Assembly (NCBI GenBank): GCA_964629815.1
Contig: CAZVTA010000001.1
Span: 118,357 to 182,356 of the forward strand
Direction of reading: 5' to 3'
Source of the DNA: an uncultured Candidatus Saccharibacteria bacterium
GTDB taxonomy: Bacteria; Patescibacteriota; Saccharimonadia; Saccharimonadales; AWTP1-31
Length of the DNA stretch: 64,000 nucleotides
The notes under the pieces: model-generated
What the model saw: the letters and a program-made list of their open reading frames with translations, nothing else
Told to the model about the DNA's origin: nothing
The model's database searches: none
In this document: piece after piece, positions 1 to 10,142 of the stretch
How the letters are laid out: every line of letters begins with the position of its first letter
Numbering within the stretch: position 1 is the first letter of the stretch
Translations under genes and position numbers: made by a program

Positions 1-768
1 AATTTCGTCCAGTTTATTCATAGACGTGTAGAGGTTATGAGGCGCGTAACGATTGTTAACCCGCGTGAATGCGCTGCCATTTGCCCCAAAATCTAGGTCT
101 TTAATCTTCTCGTTACGGATTTTGGCTAATGCGTCACCGCTACCGCCGGCATGCACAATTGCTGCGTCGAAACCTTGCACCCAGTCGAGATAATACGGTC
201 GTGCGCTGCGTACGGGACCAATGTAGTCGGGCTGCGCTTCTTGATACAATGCCAAAAAGCGCGTAATGCCACCCTCTGCAATTGCTTCAAAGACGACTCC
301 TGCCTGATTAAGCGAAGATTGTGGCCGTGCATCGGGGCTGTTTTCGATCATAATACCGATAACGGGGCGTTCATTGAGCTCTGGTTTTACTTGCAGGCCG
401 GTTAGTCTGCTTGCTTCCGTGGTCGGTTTTGGTGGCTCTTCTTGTTTCTTGGTAACAGGTTGTGCGACAGGTGCCGGATCTGACTTAAGCAACAAATATC
501 CTGCTAAGGCACCCCCGGCGATGAGCGTCAGAATAGCTACGAAGAAAAGCAGTTGCTTGGGTTTTGATAGGTCTTTGAACCATTGTACTGGGCTTCGGCG
601 TTGTTTCTTGGGAGGTTTGGTATTAGTAGCCCGTGGTATACGCATATCAGATTGCATAATCGCTTTAGTAGTATCAATAGTATCCTTTGCTTCAGGAATT
701 GGATCCGATTCGTTTGGTTGGGGTGTTGTTTGTTTTTTGTTGCGCGGTGGCAGTATGTCGTCATTCAT
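1..768 (-). CDS. DUF3048-like lipoprotein (YerB-like), C-terminally truncated by window edge
   Basis: Minus-strand reading from ATG at 768 is open to position 1 (not in ORF track because no stop in window). Translation MNDDILPP...GIMIENSPDARPQSSLNQAGVVFEAIAEGGITRFLALYQ resembles the DUF3048 N-terminal domain. Hydrophobic segment LLFFVAILTLIAGGALAG. Confidence 0.5.
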   Translation of the reverse strand, partial: MNDDILPPRNKKQTTPQPNESDPIPEAKDTIDTTKAIMQSDMRIPRATNTKPPKKQRRSPVQWFKDLSKPKQLLFFVAILTLIAGGALAGYLLLKSDPAPVAQPVTKKQEEPPKPTTEASRLTGLQVKPELNERPVIGIMIENSPDARPQSSLNQAGVVFEAIAEGGITRFLALYQEAQPDYIGPVRSARPYYLDWVQGFDAAIVHAGGSGDALAKIRNEKIKDLDFGANGSAFTRVNNRYAPHNLYTSMNKLDEI

Positions 769-824
769 ATACCGAACATTGTAACAAGCTTATGCTTTAG
801 TTGTATAGCAAAAATAAACGATGT

Positions 825-2267
825 TTACGAGCTGGAACGGACGTTGTCGATTGACGAACTCAGCCGTTGTAGGCTAATTTCTTTACCAAGCAAATGAAGT
901 GTATCTGCAAGTCCAGGGCTGGCCGGTGCCCATGTAGTCGCTACGCGTATAAGGCTAAACAATACTGCCGGCTTTTGTTCGGTTTGGGTCAATAGCTCAT
1001 TCAAACTATTAGTTAGCGATTCAACAGTGAAATCATTTTTTTGTAGCATTGTTTTAGTTGTTTCGAGGAGTTCAATTACCTGGACCTTATCAAGCTTCTT
1101 GAGTTGCTTATGCTCGGAAATGAGCTTCATGTCGACTGGTAGATCGATAAAGAAAAAGTTTGTTAGAGCTGGTAGTTCTGCAAAGAATTTGAGGCGTTCT
1201 TGCACGAGGCCGAGCACCTGTTTTTTGTAGGTATCGTCATACTGTTCAGCTTCTTTAGGCCAATAATTTTTCGCACGTTCGTATAGCTCGTCGAGATTGA
1301 GCTTACGAATATGGGCGCCGTTTAGCCACAGTAGGCGTTGTTCATCGAAGCGTGCTCCGCTACGCCCTACTCTATCGAGGCTAAATTTCTCGATCAGTTC
1401 ATCGATAGTGTAAATCTCTTGCTCGGTGCCATCGTTCCAACCAAGACTGGCGATGAAGTTGATGAGTGCCTCGGGAAGGTACCCGTCTCTAACGTAGTCG
1501 AGCATATCTTTGGCGCCGTCTCGCTTACTGAGCTTCTTTGTACCCGTTGGCCCGAGTATGTGAGGCATAGTTGCTAGAACCGGTCGCTCTATGCCGAGCG
1601 CTTCGTAGAGGTTTAAATAGTTTGGTGTAGATGCAATAAACTCTTGTCCTCGAATAACGTGGGTTATGTGCATCTCGGCGTCATCTACAATATGCGCAAA
1701 GTTGTAGGTTGGAAAGCCATCGGACTTAATGAGTACAAAATCGTCTATTGCCTCCTCTCCTGCAGAAAGGTCGTCCATAACTTCGTCGTGCCAGTGGTAA
1801 TCTTTGGGCTCTGATTTGAATCGCAGTGGTTGTGAGCCATCCCATACTGGCGGATTTTCTGGCCGGTGGTTTCGATAGAGAAACGGTTTTTTTGCGTCTC
1901 GGGCTTGCTGGCGAAACGCTTCTACTTCTGCCGGTGTATATGGGTCGGCATAGGCGCGGCCTGCATCGATTAGCTTTTGTGCCCACGGCTTGTAGGTCTC
2001 TAGTCGTTCGCTTTGCCTGTATGGGCCATACGAACCGCCTGTGTCGGGGCCTTCGTCGTAGTCGAGTCCAAGTGCGCGGAGGCTTTCCATAATGTGTTTG
2101 TCTGCGCCGGCAACTTCGCGTGCTTGGTCGGTGTCTTCAAGACGCAATATAAACTGGCCTTTGTTCTGTCGAGCGAGTAGCCATGCAAAGAGCGCGGTTC
2201 GAATACCACCAACATGCAAATATCCAGTTGGGCTTGGTGCAAAACGTGTACGAACAGTTTTAGACAT
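825..2267 (-). CDS. gltX: glutamyl-tRNA synthetase
   Basis: 480 aa. N-terminus RFAPSPTGYLHVGGIRTALFAWL (HIGH-type motif) and KLSKR (KMSKS-type) are typical of class I GluRS. Confidence 0.9.
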   Translation of the reverse strand: MSKTVRTRFAPSPTGYLHVGGIRTALFAWLLARQNKGQFILRLEDTDQAREVAGADKHIMESLRALGLDYDEGPDTGGSYGPYRQSERLETYKPWAQKLIDAGRAYADPYTPAEVEAFRQQARDAKKPFLYRNHRPENPPVWDGSQPLRFKSEPKDYHWHDEVMDDLSAGEEAIDDFVLIKSDGFPTYNFAHIVDDAEMHITHVIRGQEFIASTPNYLNLYEALGIERPVLATMPHILGPTGTKKLSKRDGAKDMLDYVRDGYLPEALINFIASLGWNDGTEQEIYTIDELIEKFSLDRVGRSGARFDEQRLLWLNGAHIRKLNLDELYERAKNYWPKEAEQYDDTYKKQVLGLVQERLKFFAELPALTNFFFIDLPVDMKLISEHKQLKKLDKVQVIELLETTKTMLQKNDFTVESLTNSLNELLTQTEQKPAVLFSLIRVATTWAPASPGLADTLHLLGKEISLQRLSSSIDNVRSSS

Positions 2268-2307
2268 ATGACCAATTGTAACAGATTGAAGCTAAATTCT
2301 CATCTGT

Positions 2308-3372
2308 TTAGCGAAGTGCTGCAAGGCGCGTAATCTGGTCGGTAGATAGATCGGTATTACCAGTAAGCGTGAATAAGTTGCCATCCTTGATCCATGAGGC
2401 GCTCTTATTGCCGGCTACAAAAATTGTTATGCCGCCCTTTTCGATGCGCTGATAGTCGTTGGTGTTTTGAGACAAAGTTGCCTCTAACTCGCTCGAATTT
2501 TTATACGCAGACAACTGCTGGTCTACTTGTATCCAGCGGTCGTCGTTGTGCGAAAGATATCGGAAGCTTACCAAACCATGCGAATAGTCGATGGCGTTCG
2601 ACAGAGAAAAACCTGCTGGTGCTGTACCCGGAAGCTGCATGGCAACCCCCGCTTGCTTCGCCGCCATTGCGTAACTTATTTTGGCGCTGTTTTGTACGCC
2701 GATGAATCCGGAAAGAATCACAACTATCGCCACAATAGCCAGAGCGTTGACGCTGCGTTTGGGTTTAAGCGAAAGCTTGGGTGCTTGGTGTGTCGATGCG
2801 TTTACGAGTGCATTGTGCAGTATGCGTTCGGTTGCTGCATGGTTTGTGGAGGCTTTTGGTGTATGCTGTGCTGCCTGAGTTTGGTGAGTGGATTGTGGAA
2901 CCACGGGCGCAGATTTAACAGAAATGCTGCCTTGTTTTTTTATAACTTTAGCAAGACCATGAGTGCCAAATTTTGATATTACCGCACTTTTTGATACTGC
3001 TTGGGCACGCGCAAGCTTGTCGGGGGCAACACTGTGCGCCCGTGGTTTGTTGTGTACGGGTATAGTGTACGCAATGCTACTGGTTGCTTTGATATGCTGG
3101 CTGTGAGGTTTTTTTACCCCGGTACGCATGAGGGTTTGCGCGCTTTTCGTACGGACATGTATGCTCGTAGCCTTCGCTGCTTTATGGTGAATTTGTCGTT
3201 CGGCTGGTTTGTGTTTTGGGGGCGAATGAGGCGTAGTATGCACCTGGATTGGTGTTGTTTTAGGTGCCTGCGGCACAATAGTTGAATTATTGACCGCTGT
3301 TTTGAGCGGCAAGCCACTGATCGCGTCGTATACGCGACCATTGATAACGATAGTTGTTTGTTTTGCGCTCAC
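2308..3372 (-). CDS. hypothetical single-pass membrane protein with a low-complexity basic N-terminal region
   Basis: 354 aa. One TM helix (ALAIVAIVVILSGFIGV). The N-terminal ~200 aa are rich in K/H/T/S/A. The C-terminal extracytoplasmic domain is unrecognised. Confidence 0.45.
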   Translation of the reverse strand: MSAKQTTIVINGRVYDAISGLPLKTAVNNSTIVPQAPKTTPIQVHTTPHSPPKHKPAERQIHHKAAKATSIHVRTKSAQTLMRTGVKKPHSQHIKATSSIAYTIPVHNKPRAHSVAPDKLARAQAVSKSAVISKFGTHGLAKVIKKQGSISVKSAPVVPQSTHQTQAAQHTPKASTNHAATERILHNALVNASTHQAPKLSLKPKRSVNALAIVAIVVILSGFIGVQNSAKISYAMAAKQAGVAMQLPGTAPAGFSLSNAIDYSHGLVSFRYLSHNDDRWIQVDQQLSAYKNSSELEATLSQNTNDYQRIEKGGITIFVAGNKSASWIKDGNLFTLTGNTDLSTDQITRLAALR

Positions 3373-3513
3373 AGGCGTGTGTTACCCTCAGTACTAAATG
3401 CTTATGCACATATAGTAGCCTTGACAGGCGTAAAACACAAGCATTCTTCAGGTAATTTTGTGCTTGTGTTCTGCAAAATATGGTATAACTAAGGGAGCTA
3501 ACCAGAAACAAAA

Positions 3514-4977
3514 ATGGATTTTTTAGACCCAAAGAAGAAGCGAGCCCACACAAGACGACTTTTTATCGGCTACGGTTTGATTGCAATCGCAATCGCCTTG
3601 GCGTCGTTAGTGCTCTTGTTTACTTCGTATGGATATGACCTAGACAGAAAAACCGGCCAAGTTATCCAGAATGGATTAGTTTTCGTGAACGCCAACCCAG
3701 AGCAAGCAACGGTGTATTTAAATGGTAAAAATGTAGCAAAAACCGATGCACGTCTTACACTGCCAGCCGCGACATACGATGTTGAGTTACGGCGCGAAGG
3801 TTATCGTACATGGAAAAAAACAATTAAGCTCGAAGGTAGCAGCATCGAGCAGCTGGTCTACCCTGTTCTGTTTCCGACTACCTTAACGCCAAAAGATGTT
3901 AAAGCATACGATGCAGCGCCTGCGTTTGCGACACAGTCCCCCGATCGGCGGTGGGTACTAGTGCAAAAACAAGGAGACGTAAATACCTTTGACTTATTTG
4001 ACACCAATGATCCAAAGAAGGCCCCGACTATAGTAAGTCTGCCAGCGGGTGTTGTATCGTCGGGCAAAAACCATACATTTAGTGCAGAGGAGTGGTCAAC
4101 CGATAACCGGCATGTTCTCTTAAAGCATACTTTTGGTGACAGCGTAGAGTTTATTGTTCTCGATAGAGAGACGCCTGCACAATCGCTGAATCTTACCAAG
4201 CAGCTTGGCATAGCTTTTACGTCGATCAGCCTACGCGATAAGAAGTACGATCAGTACTATCTGTATGACAAAGCCACTGAAACGCTAAAGAGTGTTTCGC
4301 TCAAAGATAAAACTGTTAAATCTACTCTCGAACGTGTTATTGCATATAAAAGCCATGGTAGCGATATGCTGCTCTATGCGCAGAAAGACAAAGCCGTATC
4401 GGGTATAACTACAGTTATGGTGCGCAACAATAGTACAGATTACGTGCTGCGCACTAATGCAAAACCTACAGACTACCTGCTAGACTTGGCACAATATGAA
4501 AACCATTGGTATGTTGCAGTTGGTGAAAAGAGTCTTTCCCAGATAGTCGTGTACAAAGATCCTCTCGATACTCTGAAAGCCGGCTCAAAAGCGGCGGTAC
4601 CGGCATTGACTACTATGAAGCTAGAAAACTCCTCTACCCTGAACTTTTCGCAGAATACGCGGTTTATTGCGGCTCAGAATGGTAGTAAGTTTGCGGTGTA
4701 TGACATAGATACAAGTCGCAGGCATTACTTTGATGTCGAGCAATCACTAGCAAGGCCTGCAAGTTGGATGGACGGACATCGATTGGCCTATATCTCTAGT
4801 GGCAAACTGTACGTAGTAGACTTTGACGGTATCAACAAGCAAGAGCTCGTGGCAGTAAATGAAGCGTTTATGCCGTTTTTTGATAGAAATTACGACAGAC
4901 TGTTTACGCTTGGCGCTTCGGCCCAAGACGCAAAGAAAGCCAGCCTGTCTGTGGTTGATCTGCAACTCAACTTGTAA
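3514..4977 (+). CDS. PEGA domain-containing membrane-anchored protein
   Basis: 487 aa. N-terminal TM helix, then NGLVFVNANPEQATVYLNGKNVAKTDARLTLPAATYDVELRREGYRTWKKTI, which matches the PEGA domain pattern. Confidence 0.6.
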   Translation: MDFLDPKKKRAHTRRLFIGYGLIAIAIALASLVLLFTSYGYDLDRKTGQVIQNGLVFVNANPEQATVYLNGKNVAKTDARLTLPAATYDVELRREGYRTWKKTIKLEGSSIEQLVYPVLFPTTLTPKDVKAYDAAPAFATQSPDRRWVLVQKQGDVNTFDLFDTNDPKKAPTIVSLPAGVVSSGKNHTFSAEEWSTDNRHVLLKHTFGDSVEFIVLDRETPAQSLNLTKQLGIAFTSISLRDKKYDQYYLYDKATETLKSVSLKDKTVKSTLERVIAYKSHGSDMLLYAQKDKAVSGITTVMVRNNSTDYVLRTNAKPTDYLLDLAQYENHWYVAVGEKSLSQIVVYKDPLDTLKAGSKAAVPALTTMKLENSSTLNFSQNTRFIAAQNGSKFAVYDIDTSRRHYFDVEQSLARPASWMDGHRLAYISSGKLYVVDFDGINKQELVAVNEAFMPFFDRNYDRLFTLGASAQDAKKASLSVVDLQLNL

Positions 4978-4988
4978 GTGTAAGTCAG

Positions 4989-6224
4989 CTAATTTCTTAG
5001 CCAGCCTGTAAGCCGAGACCAAAGCGATGGAGCATTGCTAGGTATTATGGCGGGTTGTGTGCCGGCAGCGACTGCAGTGCTGGCTTTATTGCTGTTGGGA
5101 TCGGGCGAGATTTGTTCGCCAATTACGATAAGACGATTAATCGATGTGCCTGGTGGGTCACAAGTTATAAGCGTAGCTGTGGCTGTTTTATCGGTGGCAC
5201 CCAAAACGCCAAGTTCTGTAGGTTTAACAATCTTTTTTTCATAAATACGGTACGCAAATCTGGTGCTATTTTTTGTCAGATAAAATGTATCCCCTACCTC
5301 GAGCTTATTAAGTAGAACAAAGGCAAATTTATATTTACCACTGTTTAGTATGTTGTTGCTGGAGTGGCCAAAAACAACTGCGTTGCCCTTCTCGCCTGGT
5401 TGCGATGTCGTGGCGTAATGAACGACACCTCGTTCGAGTGCTTTTTGAATCGCATGCTCCTCGACAGAGGGTTCGTCGTAGACGGTTGGTATTTCGACAT
5501 TAATTTTAGGAATAATGACTTTTGGTGTTGGGTCAACTGCAGTTGTACTACTGTCGATAATAATTGGTGTTGAACTTACTTGTTTACTGGGGGTTATAAA
5601 CGGAGCGATAAATCGTTCGTTGAAAAAACTAAATAACAAAAGCAGTACAACTACTGAACCAAGACCGAGCCCGAAGAGTATAGACTGGAAATGCTGTTTT
5701 TTACTGAGTCTGCCCTGACTATGCTTGTTGGCTTTTGCAAGGAGTTGCTCTTTAATTTCTCCAATTGTTCTTGGTTCATTTTTATGAGCAAACTTAGGAT
5801 GGGCTTTTTTTGGTTCGGGAGTGCTTACGTGGCCAACAACAGGTCCGCCAGCTTTTTGTTCGTCATGGTCATTTTTTGTTGAAGCTTCCTCTTTGGGCTC
5901 AGCATGAGTGCGTTTTTGTTTGTGTTGGGCATAGAACTCTTGCCATACTTCGTGTTTTTCGTTATCTGGCAGCGCTTCGTAGTATTTGTGCCACGCAGTT
6001 TGAATTTCGGCCAGGGGCATACCCGATTCAGTCAGATTCTTCATGTATGACTGATGCTTGCTTAAGGGTTTTGTCTCATCGATAATTTCTTCGGCTTCTT
6101 CACGAGCATCGGGCTCTTTCTTGTAGATGGCGTTCAGTTTTTGGCGTACTAAATCGGCGGCCAGGTTTGCATCGTTCCCACCGCTTGCGTGTTTGTTACT
6201 ATGTTCGTCTGATGTATCGGTCAT
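4989..6224 (-). CDS. sortase family transpeptidase (class E-like), with a long acidic N-terminal extension and a TM anchor
   Basis: 411 aa. Catalytic motifs VVFGHSSNN (His) and TLITCDPPGT (TLXTC Cys). TM helix FGLGLGSVVVLLLLFSFF precedes the catalytic domain. Confidence 0.75.
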   Translation of the reverse strand: MTDTSDEHSNKHASGGNDANLAADLVRQKLNAIYKKEPDAREEAEEIIDETKPLSKHQSYMKNLTESGMPLAEIQTAWHKYYEALPDNEKHEVWQEFYAQHKQKRTHAEPKEEASTKNDHDEQKAGGPVVGHVSTPEPKKAHPKFAHKNEPRTIGEIKEQLLAKANKHSQGRLSKKQHFQSILFGLGLGSVVVLLLLFSFFNERFIAPFITPSKQVSSTPIIIDSSTTAVDPTPKVIIPKINVEIPTVYDEPSVEEHAIQKALERGVVHYATTSQPGEKGNAVVFGHSSNNILNSGKYKFAFVLLNKLEVGDTFYLTKNSTRFAYRIYEKKIVKPTELGVLGATDKTATATLITCDPPGTSINRLIVIGEQISPDPNSNKASTAVAAGTQPAIIPSNAPSLWSRLTGWLRN

Positions 6225-6316
6225 GGTACTACTGGAGTATACTCGTTAAGTATAGTACAATTGGCGATGCGATTATACCCCGTTTTATGAGGTAGTCGCA
6301 GTATTATTCATCGCTT

Positions 6317-6404
6317 GCCGCAGTGGTGGAATTGGTAGACACGCTAGACTCAAAATCTTGTGAGCTTTACGCTCGTGACGGTTCAAGTCCGTCCTGCGGC
6401 ACCA
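6317..6404 (+). tRNA. tRNA-Leu(CAA)
   Basis: GCCGCAG acceptor pairs with CTGCGGC. D-arm GTGG/AATTGGTAGA. Anticodon loop CTCAAAA gives anticodon CAA. Long variable arm. T-arm GACGGTTCAAGTCCGTC. CCA is encoded. Confidence 0.85.
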
Positions 6405-6443
6405 TGATTGACTACATTACGTTTAATAATTACAATCATAAAC

Positions 6444-6683
6444 ATGGCATTAGAATTTGATGAAATCAGGCATATTGATGGCCCAGATGGAGAAGTAATT
6501 AGTGCTAGTATAGAGCCCTGGTCTTGGCCAGAATTTTCTGAAGAACAAGCTAGATGCATTGGTGATTATGCAGTGGCACTCAATAACTCACCTGAATGGT
6601 GGGCACGTCGTCGTGAAAGGGAGTCGTCAAATGAACCGTTTGATCCTACAATCCCTCCAAAGTTAGTTGACTTTAGACAATAA
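6444..6683 (+). CDS. small hypothetical protein
   Basis: The ORF-track ORF 6408-6683 begins at a TTG only 4 nt after the tRNA. The internal ATG at 6444 (MALEFDEIRHIDG...) is the more plausible start. No recognisable domain. Confidence 0.3.
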   Translation: MALEFDEIRHIDGPDGEVISASIEPWSWPEFSEEQARCIGDYAVALNNSPEWWARRRERESSNEPFDPTIPPKLVDFRQ

Positions 6684-6779
6684 TCAATCTTCTCGTATAG
6701 TACAATTGCACCCAGGAAAAGCGAGTCAAATAATAATCCAGTGAGCGCACCAGAAATAATTGCCCTGTTTTGGGCATTT

Positions 6780-7568
6780 TTATATTTCTGCTACGGCTGT
6801 TGTGAGTGCTTCGAATGTTTTGCTCGGGTTTTGGATTTTCCAAACTGCTACAGTTGTTGCTAGTGGCAGCCGCCAAGCTTTGTCGGCAAATTCTTGTGGC
6901 GTAGTACTTACTGTTCCTGAATGAGCTACGTATGTTGTAGATTGGTGATTCATGACAATCGCCACAGAAAATTGTGATGTAAAGTTATGAAGCCATTCCA
7001 CGATATTGAGAAGGCCCAGACTGTATTGGAGCGGAACGGTGTATTTGGCGTCGGTGGCCAGCTTTTGTAATTGTGCTAGCGAAACAACAAGGGTGGTATT
7101 GGGGCGCTGTAATAGTGCAGCAGCGTTAGTCTTGAAATAGTCAGCTGCATCTTTGGTAACGACTAATGCCCCAGTGTATTTATTTACAAATTTTTCGAGT
7201 AAGATTGCTGTTTCGCTGTTTCGGCCTAGATCGCCAGGTAACAATACTCCGTCTGCCCAGGCTGCTTCATCGAGCAGTGTGCCAAGTGCTTTGACGCTAA
7301 AACTACCGCTAGGCGTAGAAGGTGCGAATACACCGGCATGAATAATCTGGCGCATAGAAGCATGAATCGCATCCGGCAACACAACTCGACAGGTGCCTAT
7401 TCCGTGTTTCTCTGCTAGAGCATAGCTTTCGGCAATACTTGCAAGGCCATGCGCATTGCCGCCGATAATGAGTAGTTTACCAGCATGCAGTTTGTTTTCT
7501 GGGCGCGCCCAAATAAGGTCCGGAAAAAGCGGTTCACTCCCCTGTCTTTGCCAGTATGTATGTTCCAT
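6780..7568 (-). CDS. YjeF C-terminal-like (NAD(P)H-hydrate dehydratase / carbohydrate kinase fold) protein
   Basis: LLIIGGNAHGLASIAESYALAEKHGIGTCRVVLP and DGVLLPGDLGRNSETA match the YjeF_C / ribokinase-like pattern. The start is chosen at an internal Met to limit overlap with the upstream HAD gene and is uncertain. Confidence 0.5.
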   Translation of the reverse strand: MEHTYWQRQGSEPLFPDLIWARPENKLHAGKLLIIGGNAHGLASIAESYALAEKHGIGTCRVVLPDAIHASMRQIIHAGVFAPSTPSGSFSVKALGTLLDEAAWADGVLLPGDLGRNSETAILLEKFVNKYTGALVVTKDAADYFKTNAAALLQRPNTTLVVSLAQLQKLATDAKYTVPLQYSLGLLNIVEWLHNFTSQFSVAIVMNHQSTTYVAHSGTVSTTPQEFADKAWRLPLATTVAVWKIQNPSKTFEALTTAVAEI

Positions 7569-8256
7569 GCTGGTATTGTAGCGTATAGATGACATTTTTT
7601 CGCTCAACGACAACGTCTCGGTGGTTTGTTGTAGCCCACTCGAACAACCCTTTGTCGGGGTTGAATGCAATCGGTTGATCCACCAGCTGTAGCATGGCTA
7701 TATCGCTTTTGGAGTCACCAACGGCAATACTGTCCTTAAAACTTGCTCCATGTTTCTTAACAAGCAGTTTTAATGATTCGTCCTTGTTGTGGCTTCCTAC
7801 ATGCGACTTGCCAGTAAAATTACCCTGCTTTCGTTCGTAGACAGTGCCGATATAATCGTCAAACCCATAGGTCTTAGCTATTCCCTGTACGAGCTCTGCA
7901 TGCGAACCGGAAATTGCAAATAAAAGATAGTTTTGTTGTTTGAGTGATGTGATGAGGTCGCGCGTGTATACGTATACTTGGTTTTTGTAGCGATCTAAGA
8001 CGCTGCTTACGATTGTATCGAAAGCCTCGGTATCTATGGACGGTGCGCTCGCTTCGTATGCATCGATTAAAACTCGTTCATAATCGGTAAACGCAAAACC
8101 TGCTTCTCGGTTTTTCCAGCGCATACGTGCAGTGCGAACGGTTTGCATACTATCTTCGCTAATATAGCCGGCTTTAGCGAGTGAATCTACGACCGCATGG
8201 TACAACTGCCAACGGATGATAGTCCCATCTATATCGAATGCCGCAAACCGTTTCAT
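7534..8256 (-). CDS. HAD-superfamily hydrolase (phosphoserine phosphatase-like)
   Basis: N-terminal FDIDGTI motif (DxDGT) and later GDSKSD are typical HAD motifs. Confidence 0.7.
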   Translation of the reverse strand: MKRFAAFDIDGTIIRWQLYHAVVDSLAKAGYISEDSMQTVRTARMRWKNREAGFAFTDYERVLIDAYEASAPSIDTEAFDTIVSSVLDRYKNQVYVYTRDLITSLKQQNYLLFAISGSHAELVQGIAKTYGFDDYIGTVYERKQGNFTGKSHVGSHNKDESLKLLVKKHGASFKDSIAVGDSKSDIAMLQLVDQPIAFNPDKGLFEWATTNHRDVVVERKNVIYTLQYQHGTYILAKTGE

Positions 8257-8257
8257 G

Positions 8258-9055
8258 CTACTTAAGCTCGATGCTTACGGGGCAATGGTCGGATCCCATA
8301 ACGTCTGCATGGATTTCGGCCGCCACAATTCTTTCTTGAAGGGACTTTGAAGCGAGCCAGTAATCTATACGCCAACCAATGTTTCGAGTACGAGCATTTG
8401 CCCAGTGTGTCCACCAAGTGTAGGCCTCGATCTTGTCTGGATATAACGAGCGGAAGGTGTCGATAAAACCTGCATCGAGAAATTTCTGAAAACCCGAACG
8501 TTCTTCGTCGGTAAAACCGTGCTTGCCTATGTTTGGTTTTGGATTTGCGAGGTCGATCTCTTGGTGGGCAACATTTAAGTCGCCACAGAAAAGGACGGGT
8601 TTTGTGGCCTCGAGTTGTTTTACATACGCAAGAAACGCTGGGTCCCAATGCTTTTCGCGAAGCCCGAGCCGCGACAGATCGCCTTTACTGTTTGGTGTGT
8701 AAACGGTAACCACCCAAAAATCTTCAAACTCTGCGGCGATTACCCTTCCCTCGTCGTTTGGGTTACCATAGCTGTCTCCGGTTACAGCATGAGCGCTAAT
8801 GATGTCTTCAGGAAAACCGTCAATATAGCGCAGTGCTTTATGTTTCGAAAAAATTGCCGTGCCACTATAGCCCTTTTTGACGGCACTAAAAAAATGTTCT
8901 TCGTACTGGGGAAGGTCTAGCTCGAACTGTCCCCGTTCGGCTTTGGTTTCTTGTAAACATAGAATATCTGGATCATGTTTTGAAAGAAAATCTTCAAACG
9001 CCCCTTTATTAATTACTGCTCGAATGCCATTTACGTTCCAGGAGTATAGTTTCAT
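8258..9055 (-). CDS. xthA: exodeoxyribonuclease III
   Basis: MKLYSWNVNGIRA...DILCLQETK...GSDHCPV are ExoIII/AP endonuclease family signatures. 265 aa. Confidence 0.9.
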   Translation of the reverse strand: MKLYSWNVNGIRAVINKGAFEDFLSKHDPDILCLQETKAERGQFELDLPQYEEHFFSAVKKGYSGTAIFSKHKALRYIDGFPEDIISAHAVTGDSYGNPNDEGRVIAAEFEDFWVVTVYTPNSKGDLSRLGLREKHWDPAFLAYVKQLEATKPVLFCGDLNVAHQEIDLANPKPNIGKHGFTDEERSGFQKFLDAGFIDTFRSLYPDKIEAYTWWTHWANARTRNIGWRIDYWLASKSLQERIVAAEIHADVMGSDHCPVSIELK

Positions 9056-9134
9056 ACAGACAGTATAGCAGTAATACCAGATAATAAAATTGACACAACA
9101 GTGATATAATTAATTCATAGTTAATGAGGTAACA

Positions 9135-9785
9135 ATGAAAGAAATTGACACTACGCTACTGCATGCGAACGACCTAACATTATCCGAGTGGTCGCATATT
9201 TACACTCTGCAACAAGCAGCGCTAAGGGATGCGATGCCTGACCGTACAGAGGAGCAAATTACGGCAATGCTCGGCAATGGCACGTTTGCACGTTATGTAG
9301 AATCGCGGATAGACCCAAATAGCGAGGTTGGTAAAACTTTTAATGATGACCAATCATATTGGGCACCGCGGGTTGCGATTGCGTTCCGCCGAGATGATCC
9401 AAATCAAAAGCCGATTGGTTATGCTTATGCGGCGGGTAATGTGTCTGGTTCGCGTAAAATAGTGCGCGCTGCGAAACATATAATGCCAAGTAAAAACTAT
9501 TTATGGATGCGGGAGATTGCAGTTGACCCAGATCATCAGCGTCGTGGTATTGCTAAAGAATTGGGTCGCACTTTACTGCGCGATGCTATGCCTTTTCGTG
9601 CGGTTAGTACCTATATTTGGCCTGGCGAGACGCCAGGATTGCAGCACGCACTTGAAACGCTTCGCTTTGTCCCACAAGATGAGCAATATGTTGAAGTATT
9701 TGGTGAAGGTTCGTATCGTATTCGGCAAGTACGTATGGTTGCCCCGCGCGTTGGACGTGTTCTTGGCGCACTTAAAGACAGCTAA
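9135..9785 (+). CDS. GNAT family N-acetyltransferase
   Basis: REIAVDPDHQRRGIAKELGRTLL matches GNAT motif A (Q/RxxGxG/A). Confidence 0.6.
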   Translation: MKEIDTTLLHANDLTLSEWSHIYTLQQAALRDAMPDRTEEQITAMLGNGTFARYVESRIDPNSEVGKTFNDDQSYWAPRVAIAFRRDDPNQKPIGYAYAAGNVSGSRKIVRAAKHIMPSKNYLWMREIAVDPDHQRRGIAKELGRTLLRDAMPFRAVSTYIWPGETPGLQHALETLRFVPQDEQYVEVFGEGSYRIRQVRMVAPRVGRVLGALKDS

Positions 9786-10142
9786 CATTATTTGATGCGC
9801 GAACGTTAGTTGGTACACTGTTTCTATGAATATTGATAGTGGCAAGCCAAATCATCCAGCACATATACCCGACGAGGGATACGAACGGTTCGATGCAACG
9901 AGCGGCGAACGATATGTTACCTCGGGTATGCCGGTACACCCAGATTTGTACCGTACAGCAACTCGGTATGCAATCAGCCAAATTGATAGTCGTTTTGTCC
10001 GTGATGAGATTGAACAGCCTGCCGATCAAAAGTAAGTCTTGTTGGACCAATTGTGTGAATGACGGTGGTTATAATTGAAGATTTTAAAACCGGTAGCCAT
10101 TAGAGGGATTCATGCGAGCGCCTGCGGATTGAAAACCGTAAT

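Noticed and set aside
374-784. 136-aa plus-strand ORF, and other short ORFs at 126-897
   Set aside because: Antisense to or overlapping the long open minus-strand DUF3048-like reading frame. Low-complexity translation.
3436-3470. 9-bp inverted repeat ACACAAGCA...TGCTTGTGT between divergent genes 3372/3514
   Set aside because: No T-tract on either side and no attached motif. Possibly an operator, but not enough evidence to call.
6428-6436. Fourth partial occurrence of the ATTACAAT motif
   Set aside because: Only 8-9 nt match, on the opposite orientation relative to its downstream gene, so it is probably coincidental.
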